Below, piece after piece: positions 30,295 to 40,338 of a stretch of 64,000 nt of DNA. The DNA lies in assembly GCA_949841325.1 (NCBI GenBank), contig CATKZK010000002.1, positions 663 through 64,662 of the forward strand, given 5' to 3'. The stretch comes from an uncultured Bacilli bacterium (GTDB taxonomy: Bacteria > Bacillota_I > Bacilli_A > RF39 > UBA660). Position numbers and translations under genes: made by a program. The notes beneath the pieces were generated by a model that made no database searches, was not told the origin of the DNA, and worked only from the letters and a program-made list of their open reading frames with translations. The first letter of the stretch is position 1; the number at the start of each line of letters is the position of its first letter.

Positions 30295-30615
30295 GTGAAA
30301 AAGATAGAAGTCGTAAAAGACCAGCGTGAATTTGATTCTATTATTAAAACTTCACCATTTGAAAAAAATAAATATTTTCTTTTATATAATAAGGAAAGCG
30401 ATGTGAATTTTCCAAGATTTGGAATTGCTGTTGGTACCAAAGTAGGAAATGCAGTAACTCGCAATCGCTTAAAAAGACAAATAAGGGCAATTATAGACAA
30501 GAATAAAAAGTTATTTTCAAATCACAGGGATTATATTATAATAGTAAAAAGGAATTGTTTAGAGATTAGTTTTCATGAAATGGAACAAAATCTAATCAGT
30601 TTAATTAAAGGGTGA
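30295..30615 (+). CDS. rnpA: Ribonuclease P protein component
   Basis: GTG start; FGIAVGTKVGNAVTRNRLKRQIR RNR-motif region; follows rpmH. Confidence 0.88.
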   Translation: MKKIEVVKDQREFDSIIKTSPFEKNKYFLLYNKESDVNFPRFGIAVGTKVGNAVTRNRLKRQIRAIIDKNKKLFSNHRDYIIIVKRNCLEISFHEMEQNLISLIKG

Positions 30616-30619
30616 TCAA

Positions 30620-31549
30620 ATGAAAAAGAAGATATTTGTATTAGTGGCAATTCTTTTAGTCAGTGTGACAGGTTGTACACATACATTAAAAGATGATGCA
30701 AAAAAACCAGTAGTGAATGAAAAAACAGGACAGAATTTAACAGAGAATATTCTTTGTCAGCCAGAAGATGAAAAACTTCTAGAGATTTATAAACAATATG
30801 AAAACAAAATGGAAGTAAAGATTGAAGATTTACCGAAATGTACAAATATGAAAATATATGAAAAGAAAGCGTACAATGGTTTATGGGTTCAATTATTTGT
30901 TCGTCCACTTGCTTGGGCAATTATACAATTAGGTAAGCTTGTAGGAAATTACGGTTTATCTGTTATGATTCTAGGACTTATCATAAGAATAATCATCATG
31001 CCATTTTCGGCAAAAACAGCAAAACAACAAGAAAATATGAAAAAAGCTCAACCAGAAATTGAAAAACTAGAGAAAAAATACAAAGATAAGACAGACCAAG
31101 AATCAATGATGAAGAAGAGTCAAGAGACATTAATGATTTATCAAAAGTATCAAATTAATCCAATGAGTAGTTGTCTAGTGGCTTTTATACAACTTCCTCT
31201 GTTCTTTGCTTTCTTAGAAGCAATTAATCGAATTCCTGCTATCTTTGAAAATACCTTTTGGAAATACCAATTGGGAACCACACCATTCGTTGGAATACGT
31301 GATGGAAATTACTATTATGTATTGCTTATCATTCTCATTATTTTGTTTACGGTGTTATCATTAAAACAAAGTATGAACGCGATGAATGGAAGTCCAGAGC
31401 AAATGAAACAGACGCGTTTCATGTTAATCTTTATGACTGTGTTTATTGGAATTGCATCGGTACAATTACCATCTGCCATTGCATTATACTGGGTAGTTAC
31501 AAATGCCTTTAATGTTATCCAGATGTTGTTAATGAAGAAGAGAGGTTAA
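30620..31549 (+). CDS. yidC: Membrane protein insertase YidC/SpoIIIJ (lipoprotein)
   Basis: Lipobox LLVSVTGC, multiple TM segments, YQKYQINPMSSCL motif; rnpA-yidC-jag synteny. Confidence 0.9.
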   Translation: MKKKIFVLVAILLVSVTGCTHTLKDDAKKPVVNEKTGQNLTENILCQPEDEKLLEIYKQYENKMEVKIEDLPKCTNMKIYEKKAYNGLWVQLFVRPLAWAIIQLGKLVGNYGLSVMILGLIIRIIIMPFSAKTAKQQENMKKAQPEIEKLEKKYKDKTDQESMMKKSQETLMIYQKYQINPMSSCLVAFIQLPLFFAFLEAINRIPAIFENTFWKYQLGTTPFVGIRDGNYYYVLLIILIILFTVLSLKQSMNAMNGSPEQMKQTRFMLIFMTVFIGIASVQLPSAIALYWVVTNAFNVIQMLLMKKRG

Positions 31550-31551
31550 GT

Positions 31552-32169
31552 ATGAAGTTTGAAGTATTTGAAGGAAAAGAAGAAAAGGAAGTTTTAACAC
31601 AAGCATTAGAAACTTTAAAATGTACTGAAGAAGACATTGTAACGCTTGTGGAAAAATCAAAGAGTGGCCTTTTAAAAAAGGAAACAGTCAGTATGAAAGT
31701 TTTTAAAATGGAAGACATCACTCTTTTTATAAAGGATTACCTTCATGAGATTACAAAAGGAATGGGGTTAGATGTTTCTTTTGAATCAAAAATAAGAGAT
31801 CGTCAAATTAGTATAAAGATGTACTCTAATAACAATAGTATTTTAATCGGCCATAATGGACAGACTTTAAAAGCATTGACGACCATTGTCAAACAAGTTG
31901 TCTATAATGAAATAAAAGAATATCCATATCTATTGTTAGATGTTGAAAATTATAAAGAAAAACAAGAAAAATACTTAGAAAGACTTGCACGCAATGTGGC
32001 AAGAGATGTAGAAAGAACAAAAGTCGAAGTTGAACTTGAAAATATGAATTCTTATGAAAGAAGAATCATTCACAATGCTTTAACTGATAATAAACACGTC
32101 TATACAGAATCAATTGGTGAAGAGCCAAATCGTCACATTGTGATAAAACCTAAAAACAGTGAAGAATAA
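31552..32169 (+). CDS. jag: RNA-binding protein Jag/KhpB (KH + R3H)
   Basis: C-terminal R3H (SYERRIIHNAL) and a central KH-like region; downstream of yidC. Confidence 0.85.
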   Translation: MKFEVFEGKEEKEVLTQALETLKCTEEDIVTLVEKSKSGLLKKETVSMKVFKMEDITLFIKDYLHEITKGMGLDVSFESKIRDRQISIKMYSNNNSILIGHNGQTLKALTTIVKQVVYNEIKEYPYLLLDVENYKEKQEKYLERLARNVARDVERTKVEVELENMNSYERRIIHNALTDNKHVYTESIGEEPNRHIVIKPKNSEE

Positions 32170-32190
32170 ACCATTTTTTAATTTCAGAGA

Positions 32191-32219
32191 AAATAATATC
32201 TTAGGATGTTATTTTTTTT
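32191..32219 (+). terminator. Intrinsic terminator after jag
   Basis: AAATAATATC-ttag-GATGTTATTT stem with one G-U pair, running into T8. An extended -10 TGtTATAAT (32227-32235) for mnmE follows. Confidence 0.6.
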
Positions 32220-32254
32220 GAAATGCTGTTATAATACAGAGAAGGAGGGAGCTT

Positions 32255-33610
32255 ATGAACGAAAATATATGTGCTATTTCGACGGCCTTAGGTGTAGGTG
32301 CTATTTCTATTGTACGTGCATCAGGACCTGAAGTCATTATGATTGCCAATGAAATATTTGAAGGAAAAGATTTGACGCAGGTACCTAGTCATACGATTCA
32401 TTATGGGTATATAGTAGAAAACAAAGAAAAAATAGATGAAGTATTGGTTTCCGTCATGCGAGCTCCCAAGACTTTTACAATGGAAGATGTCGTTGAAATC
32501 AATTGTCATGGAGGAATTGCAACTACTCATCGAGTTTTAGAAGCTTTACTTTTGCATGGTTGTAGAATGGCTGAGCCAGGAGAGTTTAGTAAAAAAGGGT
32601 TCTTAAATGGACGAATCGATTTAACAGAAGCTGAGGGAATTAATGATTTGATTGCTAGTGAAACGGAAGAAGCTAGAAAATATGCGATGAACTTAGTAGG
32701 AGGAAACTTAAAGGCGATTATTCAAAAATCGCGAGATGTTCTTGTCTCTTTAGATGCAGAACTAGAAGTAAACTTTGATTTTCCAGAAGAAGCAGATAAT
32801 CCTGAGATCACTCATGATAAATTAAAAACAGCACTTTTACATATAAAAGAAGACTTAGAAAAGCTAATTGCCTCAAGTAAAGAGGGGAAACTTTTAAAAA
32901 ATGGAATTGATATCGCTATTTTAGGAAAGCCAAATGTAGGAAAAAGTAGTATTTTAAACCATTTATTAGATGAAAAGAAAGCCATCGTGACTGATATTGC
33001 AGGAACTACAAGAGATATCGTCGAAGGAACAACAACATTGAGTGGAATAAAAATAAATCTTCTTGATACGGCAGGTCTTCGTGAAACAGAAGATATTGTT
33101 GAGAAAATAGGCGTAGATAAGAGTAAAGATATCGTAACGAAGGCAGATTTAGTTCTCTATGTTTTAAATAATAATGAGGAAATAGATGATAAAGAATTAG
33201 AGTATATTCATTCTTTAAAAAATGTTCAAAAGATTCTATTTATCAACAAAAATGATTTAGAGAGTAAAATAGATAAAAGTGTTTTAAATAGAGATGAAGT
33301 GGCGGAAGGAAATACACTTACACCAAATGGATTAGACCAATTAAAAGAACGAATTGTTTCTTTATTCCATTTGAATGAAATTAAGGGAAAAAACTATAAC
33401 TTCTTATCTAATGCTAGACAAACTGCTCTTGCAAAGAAAGCTTATGCATCAATAGAAAGTGCCATTACAAGTGTTGAAGAGTTTATGCCTTTTGAAATGA
33501 TTGCAGTTGATATTAAAAATGCCTTTGATGAATTAGGTGAAATCATTGGTGTTACGTATAAGGAAGAACTATTAGATGAATTATTTTCAAAGTTTTGTCT
33601 TGGGAAGTAG
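32255..33610 (+). CDS. mnmE: tRNA modification GTPase MnmE
   Basis: G1 GKPNVGKSS, DTAGLRET, NKNDL, and C-terminal CLGK. Confidence 0.95.
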   Translation: MNENICAISTALGVGAISIVRASGPEVIMIANEIFEGKDLTQVPSHTIHYGYIVENKEKIDEVLVSVMRAPKTFTMEDVVEINCHGGIATTHRVLEALLLHGCRMAEPGEFSKKGFLNGRIDLTEAEGINDLIASETEEARKYAMNLVGGNLKAIIQKSRDVLVSLDAELEVNFDFPEEADNPEITHDKLKTALLHIKEDLEKLIASSKEGKLLKNGIDIAILGKPNVGKSSILNHLLDEKKAIVTDIAGTTRDIVEGTTTLSGIKINLLDTAGLRETEDIVEKIGVDKSKDIVTKADLVLYVLNNNEEIDDKELEYIHSLKNVQKILFINKNDLESKIDKSVLNRDEVAEGNTLTPNGLDQLKERIVSLFHLNEIKGKNYNFLSNARQTALAKKAYASIESAITSVEEFMPFEMIAVDIKNAFDELGEIIGVTYKEELLDELFSKFCLGK

Positions 33611-33647
33611 AAAAGTCAAATGAGGATATGAAAAGGAAGTGAATATC

Positions 33648-35510
33648 ATGAAGTATGATATTATTGTCGTTGGAGGAGGACACGCAGGATGTGAAGCCGC
33701 CTATGCCTCCGCCAAGCAAGGTTTCTCTACAGCACTAGTGACCTCAAATATAAAAAATATTGCAGATATGCCTTGTAATCCATCAATAGGTGGTACAGCT
33801 AAAGGAATTGTCGTAAGAGAAATAGATGCCTTAGGAGGACTTATGGGGCGTGTAGCCGATAAGTCTCACTTGCAAATAAAAATGTTAAACAGTGGAAAAG
33901 GACCTGCTGTAAAATCCTTAAGAGCCCAAGGAGATAAAGTAATCTATCCCCAAAATATGGTAAAAGAATTAAAGGGATTGAAGTCATTAGCAATCATTGA
34001 AGCAATGGTAGAGGATTTATTAATTGAAGAAGAGGCAATAAAAGGAATTGTAACCGATTCAGGAGACAAAATGTTTTGTGATGCCTTAATTTTAACGACA
34101 GGAACGTATCTAAAAAGTAAGATATTGGTAGGATCTACAAGTAAATCTGAAGGACCTCATGGAGAAAAATCAAGTAAGCATTTAAGTGATACATTAAAAA
34201 AATGGGGATTTGAAATTCAACGATTAAAGACAGGAACTCCTCAAAGATTAGATCCTGAAACAATCAATTATGACCTTTTAACAGAAGAACTTGGAGATGA
34301 AACACCATGGACATTCAGCTTTGATTTAGAGCCTCTTTATGATCCTAAAGAACAAAAAAAATGTTACTTAGTTTATACAAATGAAGAGACACATCAAATT
34401 ATTCGTGATAATTTAGCAAAGTCGGCAATGTATGGAGGGTATGCGGAAGGCATCGGACCTCGCTATTGTCCGTCTATAGAGGATAAAGTCGTTAGATTTG
34501 GAGATAAAGAAAGACATCAGTTATTCTTAGAACCAGAAAGTGAATATTATCCAGATCTTTATTTACAAGGTTTTTCGACATCTATGCCTGAAGATGTTCA
34601 AGAAAAAATGGTGCATAGTTTGAAAGGACTAGAAAATGCTCGTATTTTAAAATATGCTTATGCGATTGAATACGATGCAATCAATCCTCTACAATTAAAA
34701 CCTTCTTTGGAGACAAAACTTATTAAAAATCTCTACACAGCAGGACAAATTAATGGAACAAGTGGTTATGAAGAAGCAGCAGGACAGGGATTAATCGCAG
34801 GAATAAATGCAGGTCTTAAATTAAAGGGAAAAGAACCATTAATTTTAAAGCGAAATGAATCATATATTGGGGTTTTAATCGATGATTTAGTAACGAAAGG
34901 AACAAAAGAACCTTATCGTCTCCTTACTTCACGCGCAGAATATCGTCTTATTTTAAGACATGATAATGCCGATTTAAGACTTCGTAAATATGGATATGAA
35001 GTTGGAATAGTTGATAAGGAACAATATGATAGGCTATTAAAAAAAGAAAAAGAAATTGAATCCTTATTACAAGAATTACAGGAAGTAAAGATAAATAATC
35101 GTAACGTGAAAGAAGAAATTTTAACATGTTTAGGAATATCTAGACTAGAGATTGGCTTAAGTGCCTATCAATTATTAAAGCGCCCGCAAATGAATATCGT
35201 ATTGCTAGAACATTATTTAAAAGGAAAGTATACAAAAGAAATTTTAGAAATTGTTGAAATCATGGTGAAATATGAAGGATATATCAGTAAAACTAATCGT
35301 GAAGTAGAAAAAATGATAAAACTAGAAAAGAAAAAGATTCCTGCAGATATTGATTATGACAAGATTCGTAATCTAGCAAGCGAAGCACGACAAAAATTAA
35401 AACAAATACAGCCTGAGACGATTGCTCAAGCAACAAGAATAAGTGGTGTTAATCCGACAGATATCTCTATTCTTACTGTGTATTTAAAAAAAGAATATGG
35501 AAAGGAATAA
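33648..35510 (+). CDS. mnmG: tRNA uridine 5-carboxymethylaminomethyl modification enzyme MnmG
   Basis: MKYDIIVVGGGHAGCEA FAD motif. ATG 33648 has a better SD spacing than the GTG at 33639. Confidence 0.95.
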   Translation: MKYDIIVVGGGHAGCEAAYASAKQGFSTALVTSNIKNIADMPCNPSIGGTAKGIVVREIDALGGLMGRVADKSHLQIKMLNSGKGPAVKSLRAQGDKVIYPQNMVKELKGLKSLAIIEAMVEDLLIEEEAIKGIVTDSGDKMFCDALILTTGTYLKSKILVGSTSKSEGPHGEKSSKHLSDTLKKWGFEIQRLKTGTPQRLDPETINYDLLTEELGDETPWTFSFDLEPLYDPKEQKKCYLVYTNEETHQIIRDNLAKSAMYGGYAEGIGPRYCPSIEDKVVRFGDKERHQLFLEPESEYYPDLYLQGFSTSMPEDVQEKMVHSLKGLENARILKYAYAIEYDAINPLQLKPSLETKLIKNLYTAGQINGTSGYEEAAGQGLIAGINAGLKLKGKEPLILKRNESYIGVLIDDLVTKGTKEPYRLLTSRAEYRLILRHDNADLRLRKYGYEVGIVDKEQYDRLLKKEKEIESLLQELQEVKINNRNVKEEILTCLGISRLEIGLSAYQLLKRPQMNIVLLEHYLKGKYTKEILEIVEIMVKYEGYISKTNREVEKMIKLEKKKIPADIDYDKIRNLASEARQKLKQIQPETIAQATRISGVNPTDISILTVYLKKEYGKE

Positions 35511-35515
35511 AAGGA

Positions 35516-36232
35516 ATGGATCGCGAAACATTTATTGCTCATTGTCAAAAAATAAATCTTCTTTTAACAGATTCTCAATTGAGTCAATTTGAAAAATATG
35601 CAAGTTTTCTCTTAGAATATAACATGCATACAAATTTGACTGCTATAAGGACAAAAGAGGATGTCTATTTAAAACACTTTTATGATTCCCTTTTATTTAC
35701 ACAATATATAGACTTAAATAAGGTGAAAACTATTGTAGATGTGGGAACAGGAGCAGGATTTCCTGGATTAGTACTAAAAATCATGTATCCTCATTTATCA
35801 TTGACATTAATTGAATCCAATAAAAAAAAGTGTACTTTTTTAAACCAAGTTATAAAGCACTTAGAACTAGATCGTATAGAAGTTAAAAATGAACGTAGTG
35901 AAACCTTTGCTTTGAGTCATTTAGATTTCTTTGATGTTGTAACAGCACGTGCAGTGACTCACCTTACTGTACTGAGTGAATTATGCTTACCTCTTGTCAA
36001 AATTGGTGGCTATTTTATTCCCTTAAAAGGTGAACTCTTAGAAGAATTAGAACAATCACAAAACATCATTAAAACCTTAAATGGAGAAATAGAAAATACA
36101 TACCACTATAGACTTCCTATTGAAAATGCCGCTCGTTCTATAGTAAAAATAAAAAAGATAGGGCATACGCCAGCAAATTATCCACGGCCATTTGATAAGA
36201 TGAAAAAAGCATTGAAAAAAACGAAAAAATAA
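35516..36232 (+). CDS. rsmG: 16S rRNA (guanine527-N7)-methyltransferase RsmG
   Basis: VDVGTGAGFPGL SAM motif; mnmG-rsmG synteny. Confidence 0.9.
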   Translation: MDRETFIAHCQKINLLLTDSQLSQFEKYASFLLEYNMHTNLTAIRTKEDVYLKHFYDSLLFTQYIDLNKVKTIVDVGTGAGFPGLVLKIMYPHLSLTLIESNKKKCTFLNQVIKHLELDRIEVKNERSETFALSHLDFFDVVTARAVTHLTVLSELCLPLVKIGGYFIPLKGELLEELEQSQNIIKTLNGEIENTYHYRLPIENAARSIVKIKKIGHTPANYPRPFDKMKKALKKTKK

Positions 36233-36265
36233 AGTAATATTAGAATAGGTAAAAGGGGAATGCTT

Positions 36266-37375
36266 ATGAAGATGGAAACTCAAATTCAAATGATTGATGT
36301 AGAAAAAATAATTCCAAATCGTTTTCAACCAAGACTTCAATTTGATGATGCCGCTTTAAATGATTTAGCATCATCTATTCAAGAACATGGAATTGTCGAA
36401 CCACTTATTGTACGACGTGTAGGAGATAAATTTGAAATCATTGCTGGAGAACGTAGATATAAAGCAAGTCAACTCGTTGGGTTAAAAGAAGTCCCTTGCA
36501 TCATTGCAAATTTAGATGATAATGAATCGGCTGAAGTAGCTATTATTGAAAATACGCAACGAAAAAATCTATCTGCTATAGAAGAAGCGCGTTCTTATAA
36601 AAAATTACTCGATAGACGTTATGTAACACAAGATCAATTAGCTAAGCGTTTAGGCACTTCTCAATCTACTATTGCCAATAAAATCAGACTATTAAACTTA
36701 GATGAACAAGTTCAAGAAGCTTTAATGAAAGAACAAATAAGTGAACGACATGCACGAAGCCTTTTAAAGGTAACAGATAAAGTAAAACAAGTAGATTTAC
36801 TTAAACAAGTGATCAATGAGCGATGGACTGTTAAAAAATTAGAAGAAGAAATAGAAAATGTCACAGAGAGTTATCGAAAAAAGGAAATTGTTGGAAATAT
36901 TAATACCAATAATCGTTTAGACGTTGATATAGACTCCATCATGAAAAATTCTACTGATATACAAAATACAGGAACACCTATTGTCCACTACAAGAATGAA
37001 GAACCTAAAAGACCTCCTAAGAAAGATTCTTTATTTTTCAACAATTTAGAAAATGAAGCAGCCAATATGGAGCCTACTTTAAGTGTTGGATTTAATCCAT
37101 TTAAAACACCTAATTTCAATGGAAGTTTTGCAACGGAAGAGGACGACAATGATTATGATGTTCTTGATATAGAAGAAGAGACAACAGAAGAAGTGAAAAC
37201 AACAGAAAAAGTACCACAAGTTGTCGAACTTGAGCTTGAGAAAAATAAAGATGTAATTGATCAAATCAAAAAAACTCTTTCAAAAGCAAAAGTGAATGGA
37301 TTAAATGTAGAATCAGAAGAGTTTAGTTTTGATGATATGGTACAGTTTGTTATCCGCATAAAAAATGAAGATTAA
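36266..37375 (+). CDS. parB: Chromosome partitioning protein ParB/Spo0J with extended C-terminal region
   Basis: ParB-box region IPNRFQPR, arginine patch/CTPase motif GERRYKAS, HTH QDQLAKRLGTSQSTIANKIRLL. About 369 aa, with a long acidic, low-complexity tail before the last roughly 40 aa. Start is ambiguous (36260, 36266 or 36272). Confidence 0.9.
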   Translation: MKMETQIQMIDVEKIIPNRFQPRLQFDDAALNDLASSIQEHGIVEPLIVRRVGDKFEIIAGERRYKASQLVGLKEVPCIIANLDDNESAEVAIIENTQRKNLSAIEEARSYKKLLDRRYVTQDQLAKRLGTSQSTIANKIRLLNLDEQVQEALMKEQISERHARSLLKVTDKVKQVDLLKQVINERWTVKKLEEEIENVTESYRKKEIVGNINTNNRLDVDIDSIMKNSTDIQNTGTPIVHYKNEEPKRPPKKDSLFFNNLENEAANMEPTLSVGFNPFKTPNFNGSFATEEDDNDYDVLDIEEETTEEVKTTEKVPQVVELELEKNKDVIDQIKKTLSKAKVNGLNVESEEFSFDDMVQFVIRIKNED

Positions 37376-37392
37376 AGAGCAAAAGAGCTCTT

Positions 37393-39384
37393 TTATTTTT
37401 TCTTCTTTTCATTGATATAAAGGGTTTGACTGCCATCTAAAAAATAGAAAAGTGTATTTGATTTTGCATTGTATTTTCCTGAAATAGGATCCATAGGAAC
37501 TGCCACAACATCACTTGGAAGTTCATACCAAGTATCCTCGTGGTCTTTCAAATAATCTTCTACGGTGTCTAACCAGATATCTTTGATAATTTTAGAGTAT
37601 GCTTTTGGTGCTTTTTCATTTAAATCATTTCCCGCCCAAACAAGCATTAAAGCATCTTTATTATAACCAGCAATCCAATAATCATTATCAGTTGTTCCAC
37701 TCTTTAAGGCATATTTACGACTTAATTTGCCATTTAAATAGAGGACAGTTGGACTATTATAATCAACAAATGAATAATTATATGTGTTGCTCATCATTTC
37801 GTTTAATATATACACTAAACTAGGATCCAGTACCTGATTCTTTTTATCTTTATGTTCATAAATGATGTTTCCATCGATATCTTCTATGCGATTGATAAAA
37901 TAGATGTCATTTTTTTCACCACCACTTGCCAGTGTAGTATAGGCATTAGCATAATCAAACATATTAATCTCAACAGCTCCAAGAGCCAAAGAAGGATTTG
38001 GACTCAAAGACTCTTTTAATCCTACATTCTTCATCGTATTCACAAGAGTGTTTTCTCCTAAAAACAGATGTGTTTTGACCGCATAAATATTATCCGAATA
38101 CGAAAGAGCTGCTGCCATACTTATGTCTTTATTTCCATAAGTATTACCATAATTTGTAGGGGCATAAGTTTTATTCTCTTGAAAGACAAAAGTCGTCTCC
38201 TCTGATTTAAAGGTAGAAGAAGCTGTCATACCATTCGCTAAGGCTGAGTAATAAAGGAAAGGTTTAATGGTTGAACCGACTTGTCTTTTAGCCTTTGTTA
38301 CACGGTTATATTGACTTTTAGCGTAGTTTTTTCCTCCAGCTAAAGCAAGAACCTTACTAGTATTTGGATCAATGACAATACTTGCTACTTGTGTATCATC
38401 TTCTAAGACATGTTCTTTCATTGATTCTTCCATCTTTGTTTGGGTATCCATATCTAAATTGGTAAATATTCTTAAACCTCCAGAATCCAAAAGACTCTTA
38501 GGAATACTATCTAAACTTTCTAATTCATCAATGACAGCTTCTTGATAATACATTAAAGTATCTAAATTATTTGAAGTATGTTTTCCATGAAGGGGAACAT
38601 TTTCAAAATCTAAAGCCTCTAATTCTTCTTTACTAATGACTTCATTTTCATATAAAGTATTGGCTACTAAATTCATTCGTTTTAAAGAAGCTTCTTTATT
38701 CGCGATGGGATTATAGTTATTGGGACTTTTAGGAATTCCTGCTAAAATAATGGCTTCTTCCATTGTAATATCTGAAATATCTTTATTAAAATAGTATTGA
38801 GTGGCATCCTTAACGCCATAAATACCATTTCCGAAATAAATGGTATTTAAATAACCTTCTAATATTTCATCTTTTGAATAATGAGTTTCCATTCGTATTG
38901 TTAAAAAAGCTTCTTCAATTTTTCTTTCCCATGTTTGATCAAATTCTAAAAATAAATTTTTTACATATTGTTGAGAAATACTAGATGCTCCAGCAGTAAT
39001 TTTCCCATGTCTAATATTTGCAAGCATGACTCTTATAATTCTTAAGAGATCAAACCCCTTATGATAATAAAAATGTTGATCTTCAATAGAAATAATATAC
39101 TGTTTCAACTTATCATCGATATTCTCTAATCGAACCCATTCACTGTTATTAGATCCTTGATATATGACATTATCTTTATTGTCATAAATATAATAAGAAT
39201 TTGCTGAATTAAGAGAAATCGCAGGAGTAAAGTAAGCATAAATATAAATGCCTCCAATAATTACCATACCTACAATTGATAAAAACAATCCTAATTTTAA
39301 TAAAAAACGAACTTTTTTCAAGTAAACCACCACTATTATCATGCGCATATTTTGGACTATTATGAATGGAATAGACAAGGGCAA
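37393..39384 (-). CDS. Class A penicillin-binding protein (glycosyltransferase GT51 + transpeptidase)
   Basis: N-terminal TM; GT51 motifs EDQHFYYHKGFD and GASSISQQYVKN; transpeptidase SxxK (GSTIKP), SxN-like and KSGTT motifs. The exact start is uncertain (TTG 39384, or TTG about 39321 after GGTGG). Confidence 0.85.
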   Translation of the reverse strand: MPLSIPFIIVQNMRMIIVVVYLKKVRFLLKLGLFLSIVGMVIIGGIYIYAYFTPAISLNSANSYYIYDNKDNVIYQGSNNSEWVRLENIDDKLKQYIISIEDQHFYYHKGFDLLRIIRVMLANIRHGKITAGASSISQQYVKNLFLEFDQTWERKIEEAFLTIRMETHYSKDEILEGYLNTIYFGNGIYGVKDATQYYFNKDISDITMEEAIILAGIPKSPNNYNPIANKEASLKRMNLVANTLYENEVISKEELEALDFENVPLHGKHTSNNLDTLMYYQEAVIDELESLDSIPKSLLDSGGLRIFTNLDMDTQTKMEESMKEHVLEDDTQVASIVIDPNTSKVLALAGGKNYAKSQYNRVTKAKRQVGSTIKPFLYYSALANGMTASSTFKSEETTFVFQENKTYAPTNYGNTYGNKDISMAAALSYSDNIYAVKTHLFLGENTLVNTMKNVGLKESLSPNPSLALGAVEINMFDYANAYTTLASGGEKNDIYFINRIEDIDGNIIYEHKDKKNQVLDPSLVYILNEMMSNTYNYSFVDYNSPTVLYLNGKLSRKYALKSGTTDNDYWIAGYNKDALMLVWAGNDLNEKAPKAYSKIIKDIWLDTVEDYLKDHEDTWYELPSDVVAVPMDPISGKYNAKSNTLFYFLDGSQTLYINEKKKK

Positions 39385-39417
39385 AGCAATTTGTTAAAAT
39401 AAGGCTACGGAGGAACT

Positions 39418-39780
39418 ATGCAAAGTTTAATATTTGAATTAAAGTCAAATGGAAATATCGAAATACAAGAAGAACTTCCTTATTATTTTCATCAAAATAT
39501 GCTTCATTTTAAAGTAGAAAATACACTTTATGAATATCATTTAGAAAAAGATATTTTTAAAAAGAAAGAAAAAGATTCAGTGATTATTATCCTTCCAAAG
39601 AAGAAAGAAATGACGATTGAATTATTAGAAAATCATGCTGTTTTTGATTTTCCTCTTTCAGATATTTCTTTAAATAGAGAAGATAAGAAAATAGAAATAA
39701 CGTATACTTTTCTAAATCCAGAAAAGACTACAAACTGTATAGTCATTAATTATCATGCGAAAGTGGTTGACAAGAAGTAA
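39418..39780 (+). CDS. Hypothetical protein (120 aa)
   Basis: SD GGAGGAA 6 nt before the ATG. No motif I can assign with confidence. Confidence 0.5.
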   Translation: MQSLIFELKSNGNIEIQEELPYYFHQNMLHFKVENTLYEYHLEKDIFKKKEKDSVIIILPKKKEMTIELLENHAVFDFPLSDISLNREDKKIEITYTFLNPEKTTNCIVINYHAKVVDKK

Positions 39781-39874
39781 TATTATGATAAAATTAGTAT
39801 TGTTTTAAGGATATAAAGGACAAATTTTTATCATCTTGCATATAATGTGATGATATTATATTGGAGGTATTTAA

Positions 39875-40321
39875 ATGAGTAAAATAAAATTAACTGAGGA
39901 ACAAATTGAGCAATATTCTCATGCAGATGTTGCTTATCTTATATTAGAGGCAAAAGGAAAAAAGGAGACAATTCAAGACTTATTTAAAGAAGTGATTGAA
40001 CTTATGAAATTGCCAAGTGATTATTTTGAAAGTAAAATAGGAGATTTCTTTGGTTTACTTTCTACGGATAAGAGATTTATCATGTTAGAAAAGGGTTTTT
40101 GGGATTTAAGAGATAATCATTCTCATAAAATTGTCATTGAAGAAGAGGAAGAGGATGAAGATCTATCTGATATTGAAGTAGATGATGTACCTGAAGAAGA
40201 GGATACAAATGATGAAGAAATTAATTATGACGATGAAAAAATAGAAGATGATGAAGAGGAAGACGACTTAAAAGATTTAGTCGTCTTAGATGAAAGTGAA
40301 GACGAAAACGAATTAATGTAG
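39875..40321 (+). CDS. rpoE: DNA-directed RNA polymerase subunit delta
   Basis: N-terminal HARE-HTH-like domain (DVAYLILEAKGKKETIQDLFKEV...FWDLRD) followed by a strongly acidic Asp/Glu tail, the defining RpoE architecture. Confidence 0.8.
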   Translation: MSKIKLTEEQIEQYSHADVAYLILEAKGKKETIQDLFKEVIELMKLPSDYFESKIGDFFGLLSTDKRFIMLEKGFWDLRDNHSHKIVIEEEEEDEDLSDIEVDDVPEEEDTNDEEINYDDEKIEDDEEEDDLKDLVVLDESEDENELM

Positions 40322-40338
40322 AAAAAGAGGTGAATTCT

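Noticed and set aside
37373-37392. Hairpin AAAGAGC-aaaaga-GCTCTTT between parB and the convergent PBP gene, as a bidirectional terminator
   Set aside because: It is plausible, but the stem is short (7 bp) and the T-run overlaps the PBP coding end. It is too weak to list as a feature.
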